Notes under the pieces: model-generated
Database searches by the model: none
The model's input: the letters and a program-made list of their open reading frames with translations, nothing else
What the model was told of the DNA's origin: nothing
Position numbers and translations under genes: made by a program
Assembly (NCBI GenBank): GCA_951406725.2
Contig: OX597814.1
Span: forward strand, 108,686,001-108,750,000
Source of the DNA: Octopus vulgaris
Lineage: Eukaryota
Direction of reading: 5' to 3'
Length of the DNA stretch: 64,000 bases
Shown: piece after piece, positions 27,486-40,900 of the stretch
Layout of the letters: each line of letters opens with the position of its first letter
How positions within the stretch are numbered: the stretch's first letter is position 1

Positions 27486-27704
27486 TACAAAAGGGTGCCG
27501 AAAAGTTCCTGGCTTTAAGGGTATTGTGAATGGCCTGGTTAGAGGCCCAACCTTCTGATTTCTTTTTCAGGGTTTAAAAAAACTGAAAGACTGCTGCAAT
27601 AAGTGTGTGAGTCTGAGAGGGGAATATGTTGAATAAAATCATAATTAACTGATCCTTCCGTATTTTCTTTTGCCCAAAACCAGGAACTTTTCAGTACCCT
27701 TTAT
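27486..27704 (+). mobile_element. Mariner-derived MITE
   Basis: TIRs aagggtgccgaaaagttcctgg / ccaggaacttttcagtaccctt; interior encodes a mariner-like C-terminus NKCVSLRGEYVE*. Confidence 0.85.
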
Positions 27705-27749
27705 AAAGTGGTTGGTACAGTTCCATATTTAAGAGATGAGGAATTATGT

Positions 27750-27889
27750 ACATTATTTACATTTGACGGATATTTGTCCTCATCTTATTTGTTGTTAATA
27801 CAATGTTTTGGCTGATATACCCTCCAGCCTTCATCAAGTGTCTTGGGGAAATTTCGAACCTGGGTTCTCGTTCCTAAAGTATTTTTCAA

Positions 27890-27954
<65 letters not shown>

Positions 27955-28192
27955 TCACTGCCTGGAATCGAACTTGGAATCTTGGAGTTAGTAGCCCATG
28001 CTCTTAATCCCTGTGCCATATGGCCGTGGGCATAATAATAATAATAATAACATCAAAAAATACCTTAGGAATGAGAACCCAGGTTCAAAATTTCCCCAAG
28101 ACACCTGATGAAGGCTGGAGGGTATATCAGCCAAAATGTTGTGTTAACAACAAACAAGATGAAGACGCATATCCATCAAATGTAAATAATGT
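27750..28192. mobile_element. Penelope-type fold-back with hammerhead remnants, enclosing (TTA)n and a tRNA-like SINE head
   Basis: 27750-27888 is the reverse complement of about 28052-28192; acac-CTGATGA-a-ggctg...cagcc-aAAA-tgTT-gtgt at 28101-28144; minus-strand B box gttcgattcc near 27965. Confidence 0.75.
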
Positions 28193-28709
28193 AAATAATA
28201 TAAAGTGGTTGATGTTAGGAAGGGCATTCAACCATAGCAGAATATTGGCCCAGTCTTATCCTGTCAGACCATTCAGCTGATGCCAGTTTGGAACACAGAC
28301 TTTAAATGTTGATGATTCATCTTCTTCATCCTAAAAGACTGATTCCATATCAATACAAACCATTCCAAAATAAAATAAATGAAAACTTCCAGAGTAAAAT
28401 AATAGTGTGGTGTGTCTTGCAACCCAAAATATTGCATGGTGAGTATTCAAATGATGTGAACAAGATTAAGCTACAAGGAGTTCGAGGGTGTACAACTGAA
28501 ATTTTAATGTGATTTGTTTCTTATTGAGGTAAATTAATGAGATAAAATGAAACAATATAAAATAAATAAATAAATAAAATAAAACAATCTTCAACATTAT
28601 TTAATCAATAAATTTGACCTTTGACATTCATAATGAAGTTGGCAACCAAATGAATTTAAGAGTGTTTGGCTTTTGTATAAGGTTAGAGTCTATTAATCTA
28701 CTTAGGTGG

Positions 28710-28753
28710 TAATCATCACCATCACCATCATTATCATCATCATCATCTTCACC

Positions 28754-28784
<31 letters not shown>

Positions 28785-29035
28785 GCAACAGCAACAGCAA
28801 CAGCAAAAGCATTGTCACTCTAAACATCATTACCACCGCTGCTACAACTGCCACCACCACTGCCCCCACTGCCACCACCACCACCACCATCACCACCACC
28901 ACCACCACCGTCATCATCATCAGCAGCAGCAGTAGCTGCAACAACAACATTATCATTGTAATCATCATCACCACTGCTGCCACCACCACCACCACTACAG
29001 CCACTGCCACCACCACCACCACCACTACCACCACT
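28710..29035. repeat. (CAT)n/(CAC)n/(CAG)n trinucleotide low-complexity tract
   Basis: Direct reading of the sequence. Confidence 0.9.
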
Positions 29036-29872
29036 TTTTTAAGCCTGATAGTTATTCTATTGGTGGCTTTTGCTGAACCGCTATGTTACAGAGACATAAA
29101 CAAACCAACACTCACACAATGGCACTCACACACACACACACATATATATATATCATCATCATCGTCATCATCATCATCATCATCATCATTGTCGTTTAAT
29201 GTCTGCTTTCCATGCTGGCATGAGTTGGATGATTTGACCGAGGTCTGGCAAACCAGATGGCTGCACCAGGCTTCAGTCTGATCTGGCAGAGTTTCTACAG
29301 CTGGATGCCCTTCCTAATGCCAACCACTCCGAGAGTGTAGTGGGTGCTTTTACGTCCCTCTGGCACGAGGGCTAGTCAGGCAGTACTGGCAATGGCCATG
29401 CTCAAATGTTGCTTGTTATGTGCCACCTGCACAGGAGCCAGCGGCACTGGTAACAACCTCACTTGAAAGTTTTTTCACATGTCACTGGCACAAGTGCCGG
29501 TAAGGTGACGCTGGTAACAATCACACTAAAATGGTGCTTTTTATGTGCTACCAGCATGGAAGCCAGTACTATGAGATCATGTACACACACACCTGCCCTT
29601 TTCAGTCATTTTTTACTGTGGCCATGCTGGAGCACTGCTTTTAGTTGAACAAATCGACCCCAGGACTTATTCTTTGTAAGCCTAGTACTTATATCGATCT
29701 CTTGCAGAACTGCTAAGTTATGAGGATGTAAATACACCGACATCGGGGACACACACACACATCATCATCATCATCATCGTTTAATGTCTGCTTTCCATGC
29801 TAGCATGGGTTGGATGATTTGACTGAGGTCTGGCGAACCAGATGGCTCCACCAGACTCCAATCTGATCTGGC

Positions 29873-29903
<31 letters not shown>

Positions 29904-30231
29904 CGATGGGCTTCTTTCAGTTTCCGTCTACCAAATCCACTGACAAAGCTTTGGTTGACCTGAGGCTATCGTAGAAAACACTTACCCAAGTTGCCATGCA
30001 GTGGGACTGAACCTGGAACCATGTTGTTTGGAAGCAAGCGTACCACACAGCCACTCATGCACCTATAGTAGAAGACATTTGCTGAAGGTGCCATGCAATG
30101 GGGCTGAACTTGGGACCATATGGTTCTGAAGCAAGCTTCTTACCACACAGCCACATAAATATCTTTCTTTTGAAAACTATCATTTCTATCATTTTGTAAT
30201 AATCACCAAGAAATTTGAATAAAAGTTAAAT

Positions 30232-31133
30232 TACGTGGTTTGATCAATAAGTATCCGGACTGTTGCCATAGTAACGAGCTAAAGCACACAGAGTGAAGCA
30301 GCTTGGCACAGATTGACCTTGAACTCTGCTGTGTTTGTGCACTAAGTTTTAATGTACTAGCTCACTTCTGCTGTTTACAGCAGTGCTTGGAAGGAAGGTG
30401 TATAGTGTGTGATTGCCACATTGATCATGACAGAGGAAGTTGAGCAGAGGATCTGCATCAAATTTTGCCAAAAGCTTGGCAATACCTGCTCAGAGGCCTA
30501 CACAAAGTTTTCAAAAAGTTTTTTTATCATTCTCAACACAATCAAGGAGATTTTGTGCAACTGAAACCCGAGTGTCTTTTTAGTCAGCTGAAAGCAATTT
30601 TGGCACAAACTTGGCAGACACGCATCTCATACCCAAATCTTCAGCAATAATGGACTGAACAGAACCAAAACTAATCTTCACCATCCTCTGATAACTCACG
30701 GATGGTGATTCGATGATTTCCCCTCACAACTGCACACAAATCTGTGATGTTTTTCTCAGTTCTGCTGGTTGTGGGTCTCACAGAATGTTTGTCAATATCA
30801 ACGTTTTTTCAGCCATCTTGGAAACGCCTGAAACACTTGTGCACTTGTGTGTGGCTCATATACTCCTCTCGACAAACGTTCTGCAACTTTGCGTCAGCCT
30901 CTGAGCAGGTATTGCCATGAAAACTTTCTCTGTCATAGTCAATGTGACAATCACACGCTACACACCTTCCTTCCAAACACTGCTATAAATAGTGGAAATG
31001 AGCTAGAACATTAAAACTTTGTGCACACGCACAGCAGAATTCAAGGTTAATCGTTGTCAAGCAGCTCCACTTTGAGTGCTTTAGCTTTGTTACTATGGCA
31101 GCAGTCCGGATACTTATTGATCAGACTTTGTAT
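30232..31133. mobile_element. Mariner derivative built from two inverted 5' ends
   Basis: tgatcaataagtatccggactg at both ends in inverted orientation with about 250-bp arms; + strand MTEEVEQRICIKFCQKLGNTCSEAY; minus strand RITIRELSED...GSVQSIIAEDLGMRCVSAKFVPKLLS. Confidence 0.9.
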
Positions 31134-31260
31134 GATCATTGGATGTCTGCCATATTTCCTGATATTATCCATGGTGACAAAAGTACGCTCCCAAAATTAT
31201 CTGCCATATGATGGCTAACGTTTTCTCTACTTTCTTTAATGCCAAGGAGAGAGAGAGAGT

Positions 31261-31300
<40 letters not shown>

Positions 31301-31844
31301 GACAGAGAGAGATACAGAGACAGAGAGAGAGACAGAGACAGACAGACAGACAGAGACAGAGACAGAGACAGAGAGAGAGACAGACAGACAGAAAGACAGA
31401 AAGAGAGAGAGATAAGCTATCATATACATTTGGGAAGGCATGTGGCCAAGAGGTCAGGATATTTGGCTTATGGTCGTAAGGTCATGAGTTCAATGCCTGG
31501 CAACATGTGTCTTTGAGCAAGATACTTTATTTCACGTTGCTCCAGTCCACTCTGCTGGCAAAAATAGAGTTGTACCAGTAATTCATAAGGGCCAGACTTG
31601 TCACATACTGTGTCATGCTGAACCTTCCAGAGAACCACACAAGAGGTACATGTATCTGTGGAGTACTCAGCCACCTGTATGTTAATTTCATGAGTAGGCC
31701 GTTCCATTGATTGGATCAACTAGAACCCTGGTTGTCACAACTAAATAAGAGCCAGTGATATACATACAGAAAATCCTGGAGGGGTATATTCTAAACTTTG
31801 GCTTTAGCAAGAATTTTAATGCACAGACTGGTAAGTACTGTTGG

Positions 31845-32584
31845 CTTCCAAATATATATACCAGCTTCGAAATGACGAGCAAAAACACTCTGTTGTACCA
31901 GTCTGATGTTTAGAGGTCCTTACTTGTGTAAGTGCCAATCTAAAGAAATCAGAAATATAAAAGGAACCTCAACTGAAATATTAAAAAAAAAAAACTTTGA
32001 ATAAACAGCCAACCATTCAAGGAAGCACTCAAGGAAGATCAGCTACTATGAATTCAATCACAGACAACTTCTAGCCATAAAGTGATGATAAAACTGATAG
32101 TAAATTGAGGCAGTGCTCAAGCATTGCTGCAGTCCCACAATTGAAACCATAATACTTTTGTGTCTTTCTCCGTCACAACATATGAATGAGAAGGGAAGGG
32201 GTGATAGATGAATAAGGAAGGAAGGGGTGGTGGCAAACTTGGTAGTGGGATGATGGAAGTTGTGCGGTAAAAAAAAACCAATCAAACTGGGAAAAAGCGA
32301 TGAAGTGAGCTTGCTTCACTACATCTATGCTGGCAACTTCCAAATATACCAGCTTCGAAATCCCGAGCAAAAACACTCTGTTGTACCAATCTGATATTTA
32401 GAGGTCCTTACTTGTTTAAGTGCCAATCTAAAGAAACCAGACATATAAAAGGAACCTCTACTGAAATATTAAAAAATACATTGGAAAAACCCCTAAAGAA
32501 GATATTGGACCATTTAAGGATACATTCATGGAAGTTCAGCTGCTACAAACCCAATCATAATCCATCTTCCAGCCATAAAGTGAG
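31845..32584 (+). repeat. Local direct duplication of about 240 bp of non-SINE sequence
   Basis: cttccaaatata..ccagcttcgaaat..cgagcaaaaacactctgttgtacca...agccataaagtga occurs at 31845-32085 and again at 32338-32584. Confidence 0.85.
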
Positions 32585-33060
32585 GACCAATGCCTTGCAA
32601 GTGACTATAGTAGACAGAAACTAGGTGAAAGGCTGTCGTGTGTGTTTGTTTGTTCCGGTAACTTAGCAGTTCAACTTCCAGCCATAAAATGCGGACAAAA
32701 CTGATAGGAAATAAATTAAAGTGGTGCTTCAGCATGACCACAGTCATGACTGAGGCCATTCAAAGAATAAAAGATAAAAAGAATGCCTTCAAAACCATTT
32801 GGATTAATTTTCCTCATTCTGTCCACAGGAAAGTGACCAGCAAATTTTGTCGATACAGCTACAGTTTCACATGGAGAATTTTTCTTTTATTAAAATCTTC
32901 AGAGGTGCAGAAATGGCTTTGAATGGCTGATTTTGCAACCAGGTGGCTTTTGGGTTCAGTTCCACAAAGTGGCACCTTGAGCAAGTGTCTCCTTCTATAG
33001 CCTTGGGATGACCAATGACTTGTGAGTGACTTTAGTAGACAGAAAATAGGTGAAAGCCTG

Positions 33061-33112
<52 letters not shown>

Positions 33113-34149
33113 ATGCGTGTGTGTACGTGCATGTGTGCATGCATGAGTGCGTGTTTGTTCCTGTGACTTAGCAGTTCAGCAAGAGAGAGACCAATGAAAT
33201 AAGTACCAGACTTATAAAAAGTAAAACAAGTAGTGGAGTTGATTTGTTGAACAAATCCGTTCAATTCAGTACCCCAGCATGGCCGCAGTCCAATGACTGA
33301 AACATGTGAAAGACAAAAGACAAAAGACTAAAGATATAAGATTTCCTGGTATTAGTCATTTATTAGTATTTCTAACATTGAATCTATCAATCTCTCTGAG
33401 TGTCAAATCTCTTTACACGAAGGAAAGAGAGAGAGATTGAGAATCGATGAGTGTGGCAGATGGCTTGGAAGGGTTGCTTATTTTTCCAGACTAATTCTCA
33501 ACAAGCAAAGTGTGAAGATCTGTCAGATTGCCAGAAATGTCACTCCACTTCCAAACACACACACAAACCGATTGGACTATTTCTCAGGCAAACTAAATTC
33601 TAACCTGCTCTTCTTTCTCTTCTTTCTTACTCCAGAAAACAAGGCCACCTTGTTGCCTTTTCTGAAGGTTACGGCCACTAACACACTTAATATACATATG
33701 TAGATATATATATATATATATACGTCTATTGCTGTCATATTCTACTACACTCTCTCTCTCTCTCCGTCATTCTCTTACTATATCTCGCCATCTCCCTTTC
33801 TTCCTATCTCCCTCTCTCCCTCTCTCTCTTTCACTCTGTCTTTTGTTCTCTCTCTCCTTCTCTTTCTCCCCCTCCTTTCTCCTTCTCACTCTCTCTCTCC
33901 CTCATCTTCTCTTTCTTGCTCCCTTCTCTCTCACTCACTATTTCCCTGTCTCTCTTTCTTGCTCCCCTCTTTCTCTTCCTCCCCCTCCCCTCCCTCCCTC
34001 TCGCTATCTTCCCTCTCCCCTCCCCCCATACACAGAGCTTCTTTCATTGACTTGTGTATGTGGTTGTTTACGCTGTTAGAAATAGCACCCAGATCTCCCT
34101 CACGTCATACTCTGCCAACTCCAAAATGTGACCACTGGAAAATGTAATC

Positions 34150-34248
34150 ATGGCTAGTGATAAAAAAGGCAAGTTGGCCATGGAAGAGATGTCTTTGATC
34201 ATAGATTCACTTGATCAGGACTTACCTGTGATTAAACAACACAAGCTG
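34150..34248 (+). CDS. Candidate first coding exon of an unidentified host gene (exon probably starts at 34080)
   Basis: Acceptor ctgttag| at 34079, in-frame TGA at 34129, strong Kozak aatcATGG, MASDKKGKLAMEEMSLIIDSLDQDLPVIKQHKL, phase-0 donor ctg|gtatgc. Confidence 0.65.
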
Positions 34249-34631
34249 GTATGCCACACACACACGCACTACACACACAGCACACACACAACACACACTT
34301 ACACATGTGCACACACACACACAACACACACGTGTACATGCACACACACGTATACATGCACACACAACGCGCACACAACGCACACAACACACACACATAT
34401 GCACACACACACCCATGTATATGCACACACACACGCATGTATATATGCACACACACACACACGTGTATATGCACACACACATAATACGCAATACATATAT
34501 CTCACACAAACACACACACATATACACACAGATACATGTAATGTGCATGCACATACACACAAACACATGCAATACATGCACACACTTATACACAGCACAC
34601 ACACACACACACACTCACACACACACACACT

Positions 34632-34662
<31 letters not shown>

Positions 34663-35235
34663 AACACACATTCATACTCACACAAAACATGAAAACACAC
34701 ACACACACACATTTCCATTTTGAGGTTGTTAATTAGGTTTCTCATTGATTCTGCTCTAATAAACCAATAAACTTGATTATCTTTGTACAAAATGTCCTGA
34801 AGCGATCTGGTCATCCATTTCTTTACGAAAACTTCAAACACCAAAATGGTTAGAATTTCAGGCTTGAAATACAGCCTTCAGCAACCATTATTGGCACCAG
34901 TAATTCTTCATGAAATCGTATTTGAATTAGTTTTGTCTTTGGTCAATCACTGATTCTTAATGGAATTCTGTATCATTGTTAAACATCTTAAATATTTAAT
35001 AAGGTATGGGTAAGAATGTGTGGTAAGAAGCTTGCTTCCCAACCACATGGGCGTGGGTTCAGTCCCATTGTGCGACACCTTGGGAAAGTATCTTCTGTTA
35101 TAGTCACAGGCTTGAGAGTGGATATGATAAATGGAAACTGGTAGAAGCCCATCATATATATATATATATATTTGTACAAAGTGTAAGGATTCTTAACAAG
35201 CATCTACCTGCTAGAAATAAGAGCTGAATGTTTTG

Positions 35236-35277
<42 letters not shown>

Positions 35278-35442
35278 CACAGGAGGGGCTGTGTGGTAAG
35301 TAGCTTGCTTACCAACCACGTGGTTCTGTGTTCAGCCCTGCTGCCTGGCACCTTGGGCCAGTGTCTTCTACTATAGCCTTGGGCCAACCAAAGCGTTGTG
35401 AGGGAATTTGGTAGATGGAAACTGAAAGAAGCCCATCATATG

Positions 35443-35486
<44 letters not shown>

Positions 35487-35726
35487 GGAATGCATATGTT
35501 TGTGTGTCTGTGTTTGTCCCCCCACCATCGCTTGACAACTGATGTTGGTGTCTTTACGTTCCTGTAACTTAGTGGTTTGGCAAAAGAGACCAATAGAATA
35601 AGTACTAGGCTTACAAAGAATAAGTCCTGTTGTTGATTTCTTCGACTAAAGGCAGTGCTCCAGCATGGCTGAAGTTAACTGACTGAAACAAATAAAAGAA
35701 TAAAAGAATAAAAGAATAAAAGTATA

Positions 35727-35776
<50 letters not shown>

Positions 35777-35804
35777 GTGTATTTCTAGTAAATGCCTTTA
35801 CAAG

Positions 35805-35918
35805 GTTAACTTTTATGGTATCAATGATGATGCCAAAATTGATGAGCATGCACTAGAAGCATCTCCTAAACAATTATCTCTGGCAGGGGCCAGCAAAATG
35901 GTCGATGTTGACCCCTGG
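35805..35918 (+). CDS. Candidate second coding exon (114 nt, phase 0-0)
   Basis: cctttacaag|GTT...TGG|gtattt; VNFYGINDDAKIDEHALEASPKQLSLAGASKMVDVDPW, protein-like and stop-free. Confidence 0.62.
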
Positions 35919-36164
35919 GTATTTATGTGACTATCCAAGGGGTCACTTGAAAGAATTTTGGGCATTTAGAGTTCTGAATTATTAACAAACTAAATCTGGA
36001 AGTGTTTGGGTAATTCAAGGCTTAAACTCACTAATTTCCAGCCAAATATTTATGTAATATAACTAACATTCACGAAACACATGTTTTACATTAAATATCT
36101 GGACTACATCAGTAGTGGCAGGCATGGCTGGGTGGTTAGAAAACTTGTAACTATTTGAGAGAGA

Positions 36165-36197
<33 letters not shown>

Positions 36198-36340
36198 GAG
36201 GGAAGGAGAGAGGTACTGATGTTAGTGTGTTTGTTTATTCAACTGTGTGGTGGTATCGTTCTAAAAATAGCTCAAACTAACCTTTTGACCATACTAAAAT
36301 TTTTTTAAATTTTGGAAACCTGACAACACACACACACACA

Positions 36341-36740
36341 CATAGTTGATATTCCTTCAAAGGAAGAAGAAAATGGAGATTGGGAAGTTAATAATTGTTT
36401 ATCATTAACAGCAAACTGGTCATCTTCACTTACAGCTCTTTCTATTAATACCCAATAAGCATTATTCTTACGTGACATGAGCATATCATCAGAGGTAAAA
36501 AGGATGTACCTCTGGATGCTATATGTGTATTTGTGAGTCTGCTAAAATGAATTCACAAACACACATATAGCATCCAAAGGTACATCTCTTTTTAACTCTG
36601 ATGATAAATGTAAATGTAAATTGAATGCTTATTGAGTATTAACTGAAACAGATGTAAGTGAAGATGATCAATTTGCTGTTAATGATAAACAAATAACTTC
36701 CCAATCTCCATTTTCTTCTTTTAAATGAATATAAACTATG
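36341..36740. repeat. About 400-bp imperfect palindrome (intronic fold-back)
   Basis: agaagaaaatggagattgggaagtta...tgtttatcattaacagcaaa mirrored by tttgctgttaatgataaaca...taacttcccaatctccattttcttct; centre near 36545; both arms contain a CTGATGA. Confidence 0.88.
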
Positions 36741-37320
36741 TTTTTAGATATGCCTATTATTTTAAGGAAATCCATTCCCCCAGAAATACTTGGTATTAAA
36801 CCAGTATTTCCTTGGATGAAACCATTCTTTCTGGGGTTAACACATCCTCTAATTAAATTGAATTATTTATATGTATCTGTAACTTAGTGGTTTGGCAAAG
36901 GTAACTGATATAATAAATGCCAAATTTAAAAAAAAGAACATAAGTATTTGGGAGAGACTAGTTTAACTAAAGCTCTTCAAGGTGGTGCCCCAGCATGGCC
37001 ACAGTCTAATGACTGAAACAAGTGATAAGTGATAAAAGAAGATAATGTGACTGAATTTTTATTGTTTTTTTTAATCAAAATTCATTAAGTTTATTCATTA
37101 AAGTATTTTCTATCTTATATCTCTGACTTGTTTCAGTCATTTGACTGTGGCCATGCTGGGGCACTGCCTTAAAGATATTTTTTAGTTGAATGAATTGACT
37201 TCAGCACTTTTTTTCTCTTCTTAAGTCTGGTACTTATTCTATCAGTCTCTTTTGCCAAACCACTAAGTTACAGGGATGTAAACACACCAACACTGATTGT
37301 CAAGGCAGTGGTAGAAGACC

Positions 37321-37360
<40 letters not shown>

Positions 37361-37702
37361 CATATGATGGGCTTCTTTCAGTTTCCATCTACTAAATCCA
37401 CTCAAAAGGCTTTGGTCAGCCTGAGGCTATAGTAAAAGGCACTTGCCCAAAGTTTCACGCATGGGATTGAACCTGGAACCTTAAGGTTGGGAAGCAAGCT
37501 CCTCACCACACAGCCATGCCTGCATCCATATTCTTCGAATACTTCTTACTAAAAAATGATAGAGACACAAAAGAACAAAGGAATTATTGGTTTTAAATTA
37601 AAAAGTTTTTATCAAAAATACTTCAGAAATTTGCACAAGGAAGATCCATGATTCCATGAAGAGGCGAATGATGTAAGAAGTTTGCTGACTCTTGGTCTAT
37701 AC

Positions 37703-37775
37703 TAGTGGTTCCCAGCCTGGGGTCTGCAATGGTAGTACTGAGGGTCTGTGAACTAAATTCAAAATTCCATATATG

Positions 37776-37818
<43 letters not shown>

Positions 37819-38098
37819 TGGTATGTTTGTTCCCCAAAAATACTTATTTTAGTGCTGTTGACATTGCCAGATTGAATGGTACTGCCCAAGTGTCGAAACC
37901 ATAATGATATCCGTAGTGCAGCTGATGATGGAGGTATGTTGGATTGTTGGTACCGCTGTTTTTGTATATGTGGAATAGTATTATAACACATCCTTTTGAG
38001 ATATATATATATCAAAAGGGTGTGTTATAATTATATATATCTATATGTATATATATATATATATATATGTGTGTGTATATATATATGTGTGTATATAC

Positions 38099-38139
<41 letters not shown>

Positions 38140-38510
38140 TAGTTGGAATTTAAAAAAAAATCAAAATAAAAGATGAAGATGGGTGTGTAAACAACAAACA
38201 GGTGTATTAGTTTAACGCTCAGGAAATGAGAAAGTCTTTTACGTTTTGAGCCTATGCTCTTCAACAGAAAGGAACACAGAAATAAACAGGGAAAGAAAAT
38301 AAAAAAAGGGGAAAAGGGGTCCGTGAGAAAACTCATTTAAATGAAAAGGTTGGGAACACTAGAATAGCATGAGTGTCCCTTCGGTTTGCTGCTCCTGGCT
38401 CCACATAAAATACATATTGCTTACAGCAGACTCAAAATTGCCCCTACGCACCCCCCCCCCAGTCCGGCTATGCTTGTGGTTGTGAACCACTGTGAAGTTG
38501 GGAGCCACTG
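37703..38510. mobile_element. hAT (Buster-like) MITE with nested repeats
   Basis: TIRs tagtggttccca / tgggagccactg; perfect 8-bp TSD gtctatac at 37695-37702 and 38511-38518. Confidence 0.85.
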
Positions 38511-38664
38511 GTCTATACTGTAGGAAATAAATAGATTTAGCATTTATGCCATATTCTGAAATAACTTGGTCAGTCAGTCAGTTGTGGCTGTGCCAAATCT
38601 GACGATAATTCAGTTAAGTTGTAGTTTAACTTCAGTTGATCCTGAGAAGATATCTGAGTGAGAA

Positions 38665-39085
38665 TGTGGGGGGAGAGAGAGGCAGAGGGAGAGAGAGAGT
38701 AGGAGAGAAAAAGAGAGAGAGACACACACAAAGACAGAGAGAAAGAGGGAAAGAGAAAGGGAGAGAGGGGGAGAGAGAGTAGGAGAGAAAAAGAGAGACA
38801 TATACACACAGACAGAGAGACAGAGGAAAAGAGAGAGGGAGAGAGAGAGTAGGAGAGAAAAAGAGAGAGATACACACACAACGACACAGACACACAAAGA
38901 CAGAGAGAAAGAGGGAAAGAGAAAGGGAGAGAGACAGACGGAGACACAAAGAGAGAGAGAGAGAGAGGGTGCAGGAAAGAGTAGGAGAGAAAAAGAGAGA
39001 CAGACAGACAGACAGACATACACAAATATAGAGAGAGAGAGCGTGAGAGGGCGGGAGTGAGAGAGGGAGGGACACAGACAGAAAT

Positions 39086-39121
<36 letters not shown>
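38665..39121. repeat. GA-rich compound minisatellite
   Basis: gagtaggagagaaaaagagaga recurs four times among (GA)n/(CA)n. Confidence 0.85.
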
Positions 39122-39125
<4 letters not shown>

Positions 39126-40412
39126 TTTGATAAGCTGCCTTGTTCCAGATTACAATAAATATAATCTTCTTGGTAAAGCTTTCCTCACCCACCTGTAAAT
39201 GCTGGCTTACTCATGCGGGCTTACCTCCCTTTGCTTCTTCTATTTCTCTTACAATAACCCCAGTCACTTCGATGCCACACAAACTGGGTCTGCCCGGCTC
39301 ATAAGGCTCATCACCAACCAAAGTCCAAGCATGAAGGGCTCAGCTCAGATTTCATGGCATTCAACAGATGACAGATGCAGGGTTCATAAAAATCCAGATT
39401 CTCTGCCTTGTTTCAACTTACTTCAGAGTTGTTTAATTTATGTTAATTAACGATCTGAGGAAATCGTTACAGCTTGAATGCTTACAACAATATGAACTTT
39501 ACTGAAAGCTCTCAAGGACCAAGTGATGACATTAAACCTACTTGCCTACTTGCCAAAAATTAAATTGTGACATCATATCTTATGAATCCAAGACTACCAA
39601 GTCTTAGAGCAAGACACTTCATTCCAAAAGTTTTATTCCACCCAGCTTTGAGGAATTCTTACCAGAACCTCTGTGAGAGTAAATTATTAATAAATCTAGG
39701 GAAGTTGTTATGGTTCTTAAAGAAAGTGTTAATCCTTTCATGGGTCACAGAATGTCTCTGAATTGGTCACTTGTTTCTGTCTTCATTCCTGATCTCTCTC
39801 ACTCTCCTTCTCCGGCCAGGTAACCTTGTACTTGCTCTACAGCAATACACATGTTTCTGTCTCTTTGTCTCACTAGAACCTTTCATCATCCAACACAAGG
39901 TCACCTCCTCCAATGCCCCTTCCCCTCTCAAAAGAGGTTTTTTTTTTGTCTTGCAAGTTACTTGGTGACCCTGTCAGTGCAGGTGCCACTTAAAAAGCAC
40001 CCAGTCCACACTGTGGAGTGGTTGGTGTTTGGAAGGGCATCCAGCTGTAAAACCTTGCCAAAACTGACCTCGCCTGTGCTTGTGCCATAGTAAAAGCACT
40101 GAGTCTACTCTGTAGAGTGGTTGGTGTTAGGAAGGGCATCCAGCTGTAAAAAATCCTGCTAAAACAGTCACAGAAGTTTGGTGCAGGCTTCTGTGAAACT
40201 GTCCCACCCATGCTGGCATAGTCTAGACTGATCATTTTCATCTGAGTCAGTTCTTTTGAGTCAGAGTTTTCTTAAATGGGTTGGGGAACCACACATCATC
40301 AACATTTAATGTCTGTTGTCCATGCTGCTATGGGTTGGATGGTTTGACCAGAACCTACTGACCAGAGAGCTGTACTAGGTTCTGGTAATCTATTTTGGCA
40401 TAGTTCCTTATT

Positions 40413-40622
40413 GCCAGCACCTCATTCATATATTTCATTTTGACTGCTATTTCTAGTAGACTAAAGTTGCCTTCCATTTTTACATGGTACCAGCACCTCA
40501 TTCATATATTTCATTTTGACTGCTATTTCTAACAGACTAAAACTGCCTTCCATTTTTACATGGTGCCAGCACCTCATTCATACATTTTATTTTGACTGCT
40601 ATTTCTAGCAGAGTAAAGTTGC
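40413..40622. repeat. 76-bp tandem repeat, about 2.8 copies
   Basis: ccagcacctcattcata starts at 40414, 40490 and 40566. Confidence 0.93.
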
Positions 40623-40690
40623 TTTTCAAAGTGATCATTTATCCCTCCCCTATTTAACACTACACAAAACAACATTGGGCTCTTACGTAG

Positions 40691-40775
40691 TTGATCCCTC
40701 CTGGACTTCAGAGGAGATTTGATTTTCAAATGAACGAAGAGTCTTGTGAAAAAAATTAACAATCACACTTTTGTG
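40691..40775 (+). CDS. Candidate third coding exon, interrupted by a stop after an A7 run
   Basis: ctcttacgtag|LIPPGLQRRFDFQMNEESCEKN*; with one fewer A in 40749-40755 it reads ...CEKINNHTFV|gtacac, phase 0. Confidence 0.4.
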
Positions 40776-40782
40776 GTACACG

Positions 40783-40900
<118 letters not shown>

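Noticed and set aside
28706-29281. 191-aa Ile/Thr-rich ORF resembling a mucin or membrane protein
   Set aside because: (CAT)n/(CAC)n repeat running into SINE and RTE-tail sequence
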